From an uncultured Thermodesulfobacteriota bacterium (GTDB lineage Bacteria > Desulfobacterota > S145-22), in assembly GCA_964577975.1 (NCBI GenBank), contig CAZOBB010000068.1:2041-66040 (forward strand): DNA of 64,000 nt, written 5' to 3'. The notes beneath the pieces were generated by a model, which did no database searches, was not told the DNA's origin, and was given only the letters and a program-made list of their open reading frames with translations. This document shows positions 51,147 through 60,808 of the stretch, piece by piece. Made by a program: the position numbers and the translations under genes. Every line of letters starts with the position of its first letter. The stretch's first letter is position 1.

Positions 51147-52034
51147 TCATACCTTCTTCAAACTTGTTTCCCGAATGATTCGCGTGACTGTTTTCGGAAA
51201 ATCGGCGTTTTCATCGCGTGTCTTTTTGTCGACGCTATAAAAAAGAGGACGAAACATGTAGGTGGGGAGGAACATGTTGATGAAAACCCTTCCACTTTCG
51301 GATCGTACGGACCCAAGGCATGGAAGTGCGAGATTGTACGTTCGGTTCATCCTCATGGCCTGCCCTGCATACTGGGGGGTGCAAAACTCGATCAAAATGA
51401 GGTTTTCGACACCTTTTGCGAAACTGTAGTCCCTCACGTCGATAATCTTCCAACCCTCGAGTTCGTCGAAACTCGTGGTGACCTTCTTGGCGTAAGCCTC
51501 GACCGCCGCGTGGGGATCTCCTTCGATGTTTGTTTTGAATATATCTCTCGTTTTTCGAAGCCGTTTGAGGTAACTCATACGTGTGTCATCCATGTCGAAT
51601 CCCTCGGATCGATGGATCAGTGTCATTTCTCCGATGTCGTTTGAGATCCCCGAGAAAAAATCGATGACCTTCCCTTTGAAATCCTGAAAAATCTGATCCG
51701 CCTTGGCCAGCTGATTACCGTCAATCTCTTCCCCAATAAGTTCGAGGAAAGTTTCAGGTTGGCGGGTATTGATGCAGACGGTGGTATCATCGCCGAGGTA
51801 GACGCCTACTTTGAGAAGGGGGAGCGCGTAGACGTTTTCCCACCTTTTTTCGAGTAAGATGTCGGAAAGTAGGTCGTTGTGGAACTCGAAGCTAAAGGCT
51901 TCCGGAGACCAACGGTGAATCCCTCCCAGGGTGAACCCCTCGATTTTTCCTATGTTTTGCTTCAAGAAATCAATCGTTTCGCTAAATTCCTCTTTCGGAT
52001 TTTGAATCTGTCCGATCCTCAAGAAAGGCTTCAA
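51147..52034 (-). CDS. Conserved hypothetical protein (295 aa, acidic, no TM or recognisable domain) directly upstream of gap-pgk-tpiA-secG
   Basis: Long intact ORF with a coding-like composition; 98 nt upstream of gap on the same strand; no motif I recognise. Confidence 0.5.
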   Translation of the reverse strand: MKPFLRIGQIQNPKEEFSETIDFLKQNIGKIEGFTLGGIHRWSPEAFSFEFHNDLLSDILLEKRWENVYALPLLKVGVYLGDDTTVCINTRQPETFLELIGEEIDGNQLAKADQIFQDFKGKVIDFFSGISNDIGEMTLIHRSEGFDMDDTRMSYLKRLRKTRDIFKTNIEGDPHAAVEAYAKKVTTSFDELEGWKIIDVRDYSFAKGVENLILIEFCTPQYAGQAMRMNRTYNLALPCLGSVRSESGRVFINMFLPTYMFRPLFYSVDKKTRDENADFPKTVTRIIRETSLKKV

Positions 52035-52193
52035 GGGAAATTCCCCTCCTTTGTATTTTTTTATGTCTTTACTTTTATTGGAAAAATTGTCAAGAAAAAA
52101 CGGAAATGGAAGAAGGGACTGAAAAAGGGGTTGGTCCCCTTTCTTTTTGGAAGGGAAAAACTGTGGTAGATTAGAGGATGTGAGAGGGGAAAG

Positions 52194-52700
52194 ATGATGA
52201 AATTTCGACCGACTCGTTCAGAGAAATTGTGGGGAGAAACGGGAAGAGAAAAAGGGATTATTCTTTTGGCTACGGGATTCTATACGGGGTACGCACCGGT
52301 GGCCCCAGGCACCTTCGGAACCCTGGTAGGGATTCCGGTTGCCTGTTTGCTCGCCTTATGGGGGCTGAAAAGCGCCACGGTAGTATTGGTGGGAATGATT
52401 CTCGCTTCTTGCTGGATTGCCAACGAGGCGGAGAAGATTTATGGCATGCAGGATCCCAATGATATCGTCATCGACGAGGTGATGGGATATGCGGTGACGC
52501 TGTGGGGGTTACCCTTCACGTGGGTGACAGTGGTATTGGGATTTGTTTTTTTCAGAATTTTGGACATCCTTAAACCCTATCCCATCCGAAAGGTGGAAGA
52601 ATGGATTCCGGGTGGCACGGGTGTCGTGATGGATGATGTCCTGGCGGGGATCTACGGTTGTATCCTGCTTCATGGGGTGATGAGGTTGTGGCATGGTTGA
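52194..52700 (+). CDS. pgpA: Phosphatidylglycerophosphatase A
   Basis: GFYTGYAPVAPGTFGTLVGIPVA is the PgpA signature; multiple TM helices; about 165 aa. Confidence 0.8.
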   Translation: MMKFRPTRSEKLWGETGREKGIILLATGFYTGYAPVAPGTFGTLVGIPVACLLALWGLKSATVVLVGMILASCWIANEAEKIYGMQDPNDIVIDEVMGYAVTLWGLPFTWVTVVLGFVFFRILDILKPYPIRKVEEWIPGGTGVVMDDVLAGIYGCILLHGVMRLWHG

Positions 52701-53178
52701 GGAAAGGGTCTATCGGCTACTTATGAAGAAGGATAAAACCCTTGCGACGGCCGAATCGTGTTCGGGAGGGCTCATGGCGCACCGTTTGACCAACATTCCA
52801 GGGGTTTCCAAAGTCTTTTTGCTGGGAGTCGTCAGCTACAGCAACGAGGCAAAGTCGAGGGTGTTGGGGGTAGATGCTGAGGCAATCGAGACGTACGGTG
52901 CCGTCAGCGCCGAGGTGGCAAGTCAGATGGCAGAGGGCGTCCGCCGACTGGCGGGAAGCGATATAGGCGTTGGTATTACGGGAATCGCGGGGCCTACGGG
53001 TGGCTCGAAGGAAAAACCTGTCGGAACCGTCTATATGGCCCTTTCGTTTCCAGAGGCGGAGGTTTCCAAAGCCTCGCGATTCAACTTCACAGGGGATAGG
53101 ATTTCGATCAAGACTCAAACGGCTGAGATGGCCCTCGACTGGCTGTGTCGTGTTCTGGAGGATTTTGAAATTTCATGA
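52693..53178 (+). CDS. pncC: CinA C-terminal domain protein / nicotinamide-nucleotide amidohydrolase PncC-like
   Basis: ATGGTTGA overlap with pgpA; LATAESCSGGL...GITGIAGPTGG motifs typical of the CinA-C family. Confidence 0.8.
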   Translation: MVEERVYRLLMKKDKTLATAESCSGGLMAHRLTNIPGVSKVFLLGVVSYSNEAKSRVLGVDAEAIETYGAVSAEVASQMAEGVRRLAGSDIGVGITGIAGPTGGSKEKPVGTVYMALSFPEAEVSKASRFNFTGDRISIKTQTAEMALDWLCRVLEDFEIS

Positions 53179-53993
53179 CACGAAAGAAACTAATCCTCCA
53201 TGGCGCCCTTTTTATCTTGACCTTCCTTTCTACCTATTTCGTTGCCGGAATCTGGTATGCCGTGCCGCTCATGACGATTCTTCTTTGCCATGAGATGGGA
53301 CATTACGTGATGAGCCGCTTTTATGGAGTCGAGGCAACGTTGCCGTTTTTCATTCCTTTTCCCTTTTCTCCTTTTGGGACATTCGGGGCGATCATTAAGA
53401 TGAAAGGATGGATTCCAAGCCGCCGGGCCCTTTTCGATATTGGGGCAGGAGGGCCGCTTGCCGGGCTCGTTTTGACGCTTCCGGCCATCTATTTCGGCTT
53501 GAAGATGTCGACAATCGTTCCCATCTCTGCCGTCCGTGGAGAGGGATTGGTTCTGGGGGATAGCCTTCTTTTCAAGGGATTGGAATATCTGGCATTGGGA
53601 CCCCTTCCAAAAGGGCACGACGTGGTGCTGCATCCCTTGGCCTATGCCGGATGGGTCGGATTGTTCGTGACGGCTCTCAACCTCCTTCCCATAGGACAGT
53701 TGGACGGCGGACACGTTGTGTATGCCCTTCTCGGCCCCAAAAGTCTGAAGGTTTATCGGGTGGCGATTCTCCTCTTTGCCCTTTACGCCCTTTTCTTCAA
53801 TCCAGGTTGGGTCATCTTGGTGGTCCTCCTCTTCTTTTTCGGATTGAAACATCCCTCACCCCTCGATGATGAGACCCCCCTGGATCGAGGACGCATGATA
53901 CTTGGGATTGGAATGCTCCTTATTTTTTTCAGTTCCTTCATGCCAGCTCCTTTTCCGGAATTGGCAAAGGAATTGGGGGGACTCATGGGGTGA
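53175..53993 (+). CDS. Site-2 protease family (M50) intramembrane zinc metalloprotease
   Basis: Polytopic; HEMGHYV (HExxH) within a TM helix; downstream LDGGH motif (LLPIGQLDGGHVVYA). Confidence 0.7.
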   Translation: MTRKKLILHGALFILTFLSTYFVAGIWYAVPLMTILLCHEMGHYVMSRFYGVEATLPFFIPFPFSPFGTFGAIIKMKGWIPSRRALFDIGAGGPLAGLVLTLPAIYFGLKMSTIVPISAVRGEGLVLGDSLLFKGLEYLALGPLPKGHDVVLHPLAYAGWVGLFVTALNLLPIGQLDGGHVVYALLGPKSLKVYRVAILLFALYALFFNPGWVILVVLLFFFGLKHPSPLDDETPLDRGRMILGIGMLLIFFSSFMPAPFPELAKELGGLMG

Positions 53994-55351
53994 GAAAAGA
54001 GGAGGGAACGTTCTGTTTTTACAGTCTAGGTTGCCCTAAAAACCTTGTCGATTCGGAATGGCTCATCGGGGCTTTGCAACGGGTTGGGTGGCGTGTTACG
54101 GATAATCCTACGGAGGCCGATGTGGTGTTCGTTAACACGTGCTCTTTTATTGAGCCGGCGGTTTCGGAATCGATAGACACGATTCTGTCCCTGCGTGAAA
54201 TCGCCCCCCAAGCCCGATTGGTAGTGACGGGATGCCTTCCCCTTCGTTATGGGAAGAAGCTAAAAAAGCTTTTACCTGAAGTAACCGTTTTTTTCCTTTC
54301 TCGAAGGATGGAAGAGGTAGGGGCCGAGACCCTAATGGAGATTCTTCGGGGAGATGGGTGGCTATCCCATGTTCCCGGATCTTCCTCGTCCCGCCATCGG
54401 ATAGAACGGGCTTTGTCGACACCGTTTTATACCGCCTATGTGAAGATAGCCGATGGATGTAATCGGCGATGCGCCTTCTGCACGCTTCCGGCTATTCGAG
54501 GAAGATACCATTCCCGCCCGGTGGAAGAAATCGTACGTGAAGTAGAAACGTTGGGGAGACGTGGTGTAAAGGAGATAATCCTCGTGGCTCAGGACACGGC
54601 GGCGTTTGGACGAGACTTGGGCGAGGATGTCACCCTTGCCCACCTTCTGGAACGTTTGGCGGGAGTTGAAGGAATCGAGTGGATAAAGCTGCTTTACCTT
54701 TATCCGGACGTGCGTCGGGTTGACCGCTCCTTCGTGGCGGCGATGGCACAGCATCCTACGGTCTGTCCCGTTGTGGACGTTCCAATTCAACATGCGGCTC
54801 CGGCTGTGTTGAAACGCATGAACCGCCCCGGGATTGACGCGATACGGCGAGTACTGGATCGGTTACGGACCATCCCAGAGATTCGCTTGCGCACCACGGT
54901 GTTGGTCGGGTTCCCGGGAGAGACGGAAGCGGATTTTGAGATTCTGCTGGATTTTATTCGCGAGCAGGAGTTTTATAGTCTGGGAGTTTTCCCCTATTCG
55001 GACGAGGAGGGAACCCGGGCTTTTGGTTTTAACGGCAAAGTTCCGGAAGAGGTGAAGCAGGAACGCGTGCGGCTTCTAATGGAGGCGCAACAGGCCATTT
55101 CCCGTCGCCGGAATCGAGGGATGATAGGAAGGATATTTCCCGTCATTGTCGAGGGCTACCATGAGGAAACGGAACTTCTATTGCGGGGGCGAACGGCTTT
55201 CCAGTTTCCAGAAATCGATGGCTGTGTCCTCATCAATGAAGGAAAAGCCGAAGTGGGGACAATGGTGCCCGTTCGAATAACCGATGCGGGGGATTACGAC
55301 CTTGTGGGAGAAATCGTGACCGATGTGGACTCATCGAAGAGGAAAGGATGA
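53990..55351 (+). CDS. rimO: Radical-SAM methylthiotransferase, RimO/MiaB family (ribosomal protein S12 methylthiotransferase-like)
   Basis: MTTase N-domain; radical-SAM cluster motif CNRRCAFC; C-terminal TRAM domain; 453 aa. Confidence 0.8.
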   Translation: MRKEEGTFCFYSLGCPKNLVDSEWLIGALQRVGWRVTDNPTEADVVFVNTCSFIEPAVSESIDTILSLREIAPQARLVVTGCLPLRYGKKLKKLLPEVTVFFLSRRMEEVGAETLMEILRGDGWLSHVPGSSSSRHRIERALSTPFYTAYVKIADGCNRRCAFCTLPAIRGRYHSRPVEEIVREVETLGRRGVKEIILVAQDTAAFGRDLGEDVTLAHLLERLAGVEGIEWIKLLYLYPDVRRVDRSFVAAMAQHPTVCPVVDVPIQHAAPAVLKRMNRPGIDAIRRVLDRLRTIPEIRLRTTVLVGFPGETEADFEILLDFIREQEFYSLGVFPYSDEEGTRAFGFNGKVPEEVKQERVRLLMEAQQAISRRRNRGMIGRIFPVIVEGYHEETELLLRGRTAFQFPEIDGCVLINEGKAEVGTMVPVRITDAGDYDLVGEIVTDVDSSKRKG

Positions 55352-55640
55352 GGAAAGATATGGATGGATACGTCTGGGGAGGTTGCTTTACTTTTTTATT
55401 CCCATCGTCAACTTCGTGATTTTCATTGTGACGGTCCTAGCCCTAGCCGGGAATTTTGTGGAAAGCGGTGCCTTTGCCGTTGGGGTGATCTTTCTTCCCA
55501 TCATCTTTTCCCCATTTTGGTGTTTGGAGACGCTTCCTATCGAGGGTGAGGGAGACTCGGAAAAAACTCTTCTCCCTTCCCTTCGCTATCTTCCTGAAAG
55601 GAGCGATGTGAGGTGCTCCTTGATCTTGTGGGAAAGATAG
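55323..55640 (+). CDS. Hypothetical small membrane protein (two predicted TM helices)
   Basis: ORF overlaps the rimO 3' end by 29 nt; hydrophobic stretches LLYFFIPIVNFVIFIVTVLALAG and AVGVIFLPIIFSPFW. Confidence 0.25.
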   Translation: MWTHRRGKDEERYGWIRLGRLLYFFIPIVNFVIFIVTVLALAGNFVESGAFAVGVIFLPIIFSPFWCLETLPIEGEGDSEKTLLPSLRYLPERSDVRCSLILWER

Positions 55641-56737
55641 CGCTGGTTCAACCGGTCATCGTAGATAAGATGGGATGGCGTCTTGAGAAAGAGGACATTC
55701 CAACGAAATTGTCCTAGGGTCAGGACGGTATCGAGAAGGTCTTCGGACGGCCCTTTGTAAACGTCTTTGAAGACGCAGAGGAAATCGTCGGATTGAAGAA
55801 TATCCCCACTGGAGAATTCGAGACGGGTGGCGATTTCGAAGGACGAGGGAAAGAGCTGGTCATCGTTTTTCGCGAAAGGATAGGGATGCTCCGTGCGCCG
55901 GAAGACGAACTGGACGATCTGCCGGCCTTGGGCGCGCCATTTCCTTTCATATTTCGTGGGAAAGGGGAGTGTGGCATTTTCGACCTCATGAGCGAGCTTA
56001 AAAAGGTGGGTTTCTGAAAACAGTTGGCGGGTGTAGTCGGCGTAGTCGTGGTGGTCGGTCGTGAAGTGAAGACTTCCTGACGGTTTGAGGACACGGGCGA
56101 AATTGGGGATGCTTTCGGCGGAAATGAGGCGGCGTTTGAGATAGCGCTTTTTCTCCCAAGGATCGGGGAAGTGGATGAAAATGTGGTCGAAACAGGTGGG
56201 GGGGAAATGATAACGGAGAAGATACCGGGCGTCGCTGCGGACAAAGAAGATATTGGTAAGCTGAGCCCTAGCCGCTTTCCGTAAGGCTTTCCGAATGGTA
56301 AAACCGTTGATCTCTGCGCCCACGTGAAGGGTGTGGGGGGCTCTGAAAGCGTGTTCGCAGAGAAAAGCTCCATTCCCAGTACCGATCTCGAAGATTTTGG
56401 GCTGAGGGATCGTCCAGTCGAAGGCGTAAAGTTGCTTTTCGTCCAAAAGCCTCTCCAAACCGATGTCCGGCTTGAGGCGGTTGCCTAGATTGCTTTGAAG
56501 AATGTGAACCCCAAGTTGTTGGGCCGCCGTGAGGAGGATTTCTTTGTGCCGCGTCAGAATGAGGTCGATGGGGGTGGTGAGAAGGGAGAGGCGGAGAAGT
56601 CCATTGCGAAGGGGATGAATCTTGACAAAATAGGGACGTTCCGGGGTGACGATGCGGATGAGTTCGAAAGGCTCACGATCGTGTTTCCACCGGGGGGAGG
56701 GGAAATTCACGGGTTTTGTCGTATAGAGATGTGGCAT
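55586..56737 (-). CDS. trmB: tRNA (guanine46-N7)-methyltransferase with N- and C-terminal extensions
   Basis: SAM-binding motif FEIGTGNGAFL; catalytic motif IHFPDPWEKKRYLKRRL in the central roughly 220 aa; extra roughly 80-aa N-terminal and roughly 70-aa C-terminal regions. Confidence 0.7.
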   Translation of the reverse strand: MPHLYTTKPVNFPSPRWKHDREPFELIRIVTPERPYFVKIHPLRNGLLRLSLLTTPIDLILTRHKEILLTAAQQLGVHILQSNLGNRLKPDIGLERLLDEKQLYAFDWTIPQPKIFEIGTGNGAFLCEHAFRAPHTLHVGAEINGFTIRKALRKAARAQLTNIFFVRSDARYLLRYHFPPTCFDHIFIHFPDPWEKKRYLKRRLISAESIPNFARVLKPSGSLHFTTDHHDYADYTRQLFSETHLFKLAHEVENATLPFPTKYERKWRAQGRQIVQFVFRRTEHPYPFAKNDDQLFPSSFEIATRLEFSSGDILQSDDFLCVFKDVYKGPSEDLLDTVLTLGQFRWNVLFLKTPSHLIYDDRLNQRYLSHKIKEHLTSLLSGR

Positions 56738-56928
56738 GACCCTTCTCCCTTTTTGTTTGGTGGTGTATTTTCTGAAAATACGAGAGATTTGGCAAGGGTA
56801 ACTTTACGCGTGAAAAGGATTTTGTTAGTAAAGTGGTATGAACCGGGAAGAAGGGTTTGGGATGGGGAAACTTTCGGTGAAAAGAGAAATCAGGTTTGGA
56901 CGGATCCAGACAACGTGAGGAGGATGGG

Positions 56929-58818
56929 ATGACAACCGAACATTCCGGAGACAATGATAAAAAGCATCTAATGACCCTTTCCATTGCGGCGTTGGGTGTG
57001 GTCTTTGGCGACATCGGAACCAGCCCTCTGTATGCCATCCGGGAGTGTTTCTACGGGGATTTCGGAATCGCCGTGACGCCCGCCAACGTGCTGGGGGTTC
57101 TGTCCCTGATTTTCTGGTCACTTATTTTGGTGGTTTCGATCAAGTATCTCAGTTTCATCCTCCGGGCGGACAACAACGGGGAAGGGGGGATCATCGCCCT
57201 GACCTCTTTGATCCGCCCGCGCGGTTTGATGAAGATGGAGGGAAAGTGGGTCCTCGTGGCGATCGGGGTTTTCGGCGCCTGCCTCCTCTACGGGGACGGG
57301 ATGATTACGCCCGCCATTTCCGTGATGAGCGCCATCGAGGGGATGGGGGTCATCACGCACAAGCTGGACCCCTACATCCTGCCCGTGACGGTTCTGATCC
57401 TCGCGGGGCTCTTCATGCTCCAGCCCCGTGGCACGGGGAGCGTGGGGGCCCTTTTCGGTCCCGTGATTTTTGTCTGGTTTTGCACACTGGGGGTGCTGGG
57501 TTTTGCCCAAGTCGTTAAAAATCCCGCCATCTTTCATGCCCTGCTTCCCTGGCACGGGATCGACTTCCTCCTCCGGAACCGCGTGCACGGCTTTCTCGTC
57601 CTGGGGGCGGTATTCCTGGTTGTGACGGGAGCGGAGGCCCTCTATGCCGACATGGGCCATTTCGGGAAACGGCCCATCCGCCTGGTCTGGACGGTGCTGG
57701 TGCTTCCCGCGCTGCTGCTCAACTACTTCGGTCAGGGGGCGGTGCTGCTGGTGAATCCCCAGGCGGCCAACGACCCCTTTTACGCCATCGTTCCTTCCTG
57801 GGGAATGATTCCCATGGTATTTCTCGCGACGGCCGCCACGATCATCGCCTCGCAGGCGGTGATTTCGGGTTCCTTTTCCCTCACGCGCCAGGCGGTCCAG
57901 CTCGGGTATCTGCCAAGGATCAAGATCGTGCACACCTCCGCCAAGCAGATAGGGCAGATCTACGTGCCCCTCGTCAACTGGGTGCTGATGATCTGCACGA
58001 TCAGCCTCGCGCTGGGATTCCACTCCTCCAGCAAGCTGGCGGCGGCCTACGGCGTGGCGGTGACCTCCACCATGCTGATCTCCACCATCCTCTTTTTCGT
58101 GGTGGCGAAGGAGAAGTGGAAGTGGTCTCCCGTGTGGATGACCGTATTTCTGGGATTTTTCCTCGTGATCGACATCTCCTTCTTCGCGGCGAATATCAGC
58201 AAGATCTTCCACGGGGCGTGGTTTCCTCTCGTGATCGGCGGGATGGTGTTCACCGTGATGATTACCTGGAAACAAGGCAGGGAGATGTTGTGGTCTCGGT
58301 TACGGCGTCGGGCCATGACGATGGAAAAATTTCTTGAATCTATCAGCAAGGATCCCCCTCTCCGGGTGGAAGGCCAGGCGGTTTTTTTGACGGGGAATCC
58401 GGACATGGTGCCGGTGGCCCTGCTGCACAATCTCAAGCACAATAAGGTGATGCATAATAACGTCGCCTTCCTCAACTTCCGGACCCGAGAGATCCCTCGG
58501 GTTCCCAACGACGAGAAGGTGGAGATCACGAAATTGGGGGGCGGTTTTTACAAGATCATCGCTTACTACGGTTTCATGGAGGACCCCAGGATCAAGCACA
58601 TCTTCTCCCTGGCCAAAGGGAAAGGTCTCGATTTCGATCCGGACAAGATCAGTTACTTTCTCGGCCGTGAGAAACTGACCGTCAGCCGGAAACCGGGGAT
58701 GTGGCGATGGCGGATCAAGCTGTTTTCCTTCATGTCGCGCAACGCGTTGGAGGCATCCGACTTTTTCAAAATTCCTGGATCGCAGATTATTGAGTTAGGG
58801 GTGACGCTTGAAATTTAG
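56929..58818 (+). CDS. kup: KUP/HAK/KT-family potassium uptake transporter
   Basis: GAGGAGG RBS; conserved N-terminal AALGVVFGDIGTSPLYA motif; 12 TM helices plus cytoplasmic C-terminal domain. Confidence 0.9.
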   Translation: MTTEHSGDNDKKHLMTLSIAALGVVFGDIGTSPLYAIRECFYGDFGIAVTPANVLGVLSLIFWSLILVVSIKYLSFILRADNNGEGGIIALTSLIRPRGLMKMEGKWVLVAIGVFGACLLYGDGMITPAISVMSAIEGMGVITHKLDPYILPVTVLILAGLFMLQPRGTGSVGALFGPVIFVWFCTLGVLGFAQVVKNPAIFHALLPWHGIDFLLRNRVHGFLVLGAVFLVVTGAEALYADMGHFGKRPIRLVWTVLVLPALLLNYFGQGAVLLVNPQAANDPFYAIVPSWGMIPMVFLATAATIIASQAVISGSFSLTRQAVQLGYLPRIKIVHTSAKQIGQIYVPLVNWVLMICTISLALGFHSSSKLAAAYGVAVTSTMLISTILFFVVAKEKWKWSPVWMTVFLGFFLVIDISFFAANISKIFHGAWFPLVIGGMVFTVMITWKQGREMLWSRLRRRAMTMEKFLESISKDPPLRVEGQAVFLTGNPDMVPVALLHNLKHNKVMHNNVAFLNFRTREIPRVPNDEKVEITKLGGGFYKIIAYYGFMEDPRIKHIFSLAKGKGLDFDPDKISYFLGREKLTVSRKPGMWRWRIKLFSFMSRNALEASDFFKIPGSQIIELGVTLEI

Positions 58819-58847
58819 CTCAACCGCTGAAAGGTTTTTCTAGGTGC

Positions 58848-60794
58848 TTGATTTTCAGGGAGATTTGCGTTTTATTAACTTTCATGAAGTCTTTTTCGGA
58901 TCGTCTGTTTTTCTCCCAACGGAGTCGGAAACGTTGGATGGCTTTTGCTGTACTGGGCGGAATAGTCTATGTGATAATCCTATGGCAGACGAGGATTTGG
59001 ACGCTGAAATTCGAAATGCAGCGTATCAAACGAACGTCGCGGGAGTCTTTGAATGTTTACGTCGGGGATTTAAAAAGTGAGCTGGATAAGTTCAAGACGT
59101 TACCGTTGATCTTGTCCCGCGACCCCCTGTTCGTCGAGCTTGTAGCCCATCCCTTTTCAGAAAAGCAACGGAAGGTTGTCAATTTCGAGCTGGAGCGGAT
59201 TAATGCTTTGGCTGAGACATCGGCCATTTATATCTTAAATCGGCAGGGAGTTACTATCGCCTCCAGCAATTGGCGAGGTCCCGTTTCGTTTATCGGGGAG
59301 GATTTGAGTTTCCGTCCCTACTATCGGCAAGCCATCAAAGGGAAACCAGGGCACTATTTTGCTCTTGGAACCACCTCCAAAATTCGCGGCTACTATTTCT
59401 CTGCTCCCATACTATACAAGGGACGTGTGGCGGGAGTTATCGTCGTCAAGGTTCAAATGCGGCGTCTGGAGGAGAACTGGTCTAAGGGATCGGAAAAGGT
59501 GGTTGTGACGGACCGATACGGTGTAATCTTCATTACTAGTTACGCCCCTTGGAAATTTTGTACCCTCGGACCCCTGGATAAAAAGACTACGGAAATCCTC
59601 CGGAGGAGCCGGCGATATGGAAACTTTCATCCCCTCCACCTTTGCGAGACCCCTTTTCGGATTCGAAAGGGAGGAATGTTGATTCGTATTCAAGCGTCGA
59701 TGCTCCCCGAGGAGGAACGTCCTCGGAAAGGAAGGGTGACGAGTATTCCTTTTCTCCTCTTGTCTCAAGAAATGCCCGAGGCGGGATGGACCGTTCATAT
59801 TCTTTCCAATCTTTCCCGAGTCGATGAGAGGGTTAGGGATATGGTCCTCCTTACAGGTTCGATGTTGTTGACCATTTTCCTCGCGTGCCTGTTGCTCTAT
59901 CATAGACGGCATGCCAGATTGGAACGCCAGTTGCTGGAAAAACGTTCCAGGGAAGCCCTAGAAGAGGCCAACAGGATGTTGGAGGAGCGGGTTCGTTCCA
60001 GGACGCGTGAGCTGACGGAGATCAACGAACGTTTGAGGGCAGAGATTGAAGAGAGAAAGCGCACTGAAGCAGAGCTGAGGGCAACCCAAGAGGGGTTGAT
60101 CCAAGCTGGAAAATTGGCGGCAATTGGACAGATGGCGGCAGGGATTACCCATGAGATCAATCAGCCCCTGTCAGCCATCCGGATGTATACGGATAATGCT
60201 ATTGTGTTTCTCGAGCGAGGACAGCTCCACGATGTCAGGAAGAATTTGAAGAGCATAGCAGAGCTTGCCGGGAAGATGACCGAGATCTCGCGCCATTTGA
60301 AATCATTTGCCCGGAAGTCACGGGGGGAGAATGTTCCTGTACCGATCAAACGGGTATTAGAGGGGGCGTTGATCCTCTTGGAAACCCGGATTCGTGAATT
60401 GGGGGTTCGAATCGATTGGAAAGACAAGGAGTACGAGGAGGATCTGCTGGTGTGGGGCGACCAGGTGCGCCTGGAGCAAGTGATGGTCAATGTGCTCAGG
60501 AACAGCCTGGATGCCGTTTCCCAGTCTTCCGAGCGAAAGATCGAAATTATGATTCGTCCCTCGGATGACAGAATCGTGATTGTGGTCCGGGATTCTGGGC
60601 CGGGAATTGCTCCGGACGATCTGGAACGGTTATTTGAACCATTTTTTAGCCGAAAACAGGATGGAAAGGGGTTGGGGTTGGGATTGTCTCTTTCCTTGGC
60701 GATCGTAAAAGATTTCGGAGGGACGATACGGATGGCTAATCATCCGGCAGGGGGAGCGATGACGACAATCGAACTACGCCGTTGCGCGTTGTGA
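58848..60794 (+). CDS. Sensor histidine kinase, DctB-like (periplasmic double-Cache-type sensor, HisKA, HATPase)
   Basis: TM - periplasmic roughly 270-aa domain - TM; coiled coil; H-box AAGITHEINQPLSAI; G-boxes DSGPGI and GLGLGLSLSL; precedes and overlaps the NtrC-type regulator. Confidence 0.8.
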   Translation: MIFREICVLLTFMKSFSDRLFFSQRSRKRWMAFAVLGGIVYVIILWQTRIWTLKFEMQRIKRTSRESLNVYVGDLKSELDKFKTLPLILSRDPLFVELVAHPFSEKQRKVVNFELERINALAETSAIYILNRQGVTIASSNWRGPVSFIGEDLSFRPYYRQAIKGKPGHYFALGTTSKIRGYYFSAPILYKGRVAGVIVVKVQMRRLEENWSKGSEKVVVTDRYGVIFITSYAPWKFCTLGPLDKKTTEILRRSRRYGNFHPLHLCETPFRIRKGGMLIRIQASMLPEEERPRKGRVTSIPFLLLSQEMPEAGWTVHILSNLSRVDERVRDMVLLTGSMLLTIFLACLLLYHRRHARLERQLLEKRSREALEEANRMLEERVRSRTRELTEINERLRAEIEERKRTEAELRATQEGLIQAGKLAAIGQMAAGITHEINQPLSAIRMYTDNAIVFLERGQLHDVRKNLKSIAELAGKMTEISRHLKSFARKSRGENVPVPIKRVLEGALILLETRIRELGVRIDWKDKEYEEDLLVWGDQVRLEQVMVNVLRNSLDAVSQSSERKIEIMIRPSDDRIVIVVRDSGPGIAPDDLERLFEPFFSRKQDGKGLGLGLSLSLAIVKDFGGTIRMANHPAGGAMTTIELRRCAL

Positions 60795-60808
60795 AAAGGG
60801 AACAAGCG

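Noticed and set aside
56738-56928. 191-nt gap between divergent trmB and kup as a possible ncRNA or riboswitch
   Set aside because: It contains only a GAGGAGG RBS for kup and no conserved riboswitch sequence I recognise (for example no ydaO/c-di-AMP-like features were identifiable by eye). It is likely just divergent promoters.
57118-58275. 385-aa minus-strand ORF rich in His/Arg/Gly/Asp
   Set aside because: It is antisense to kup. The plus-strand product has the conserved KUP motifs. The composition is typical of a GC-rich shadow frame.
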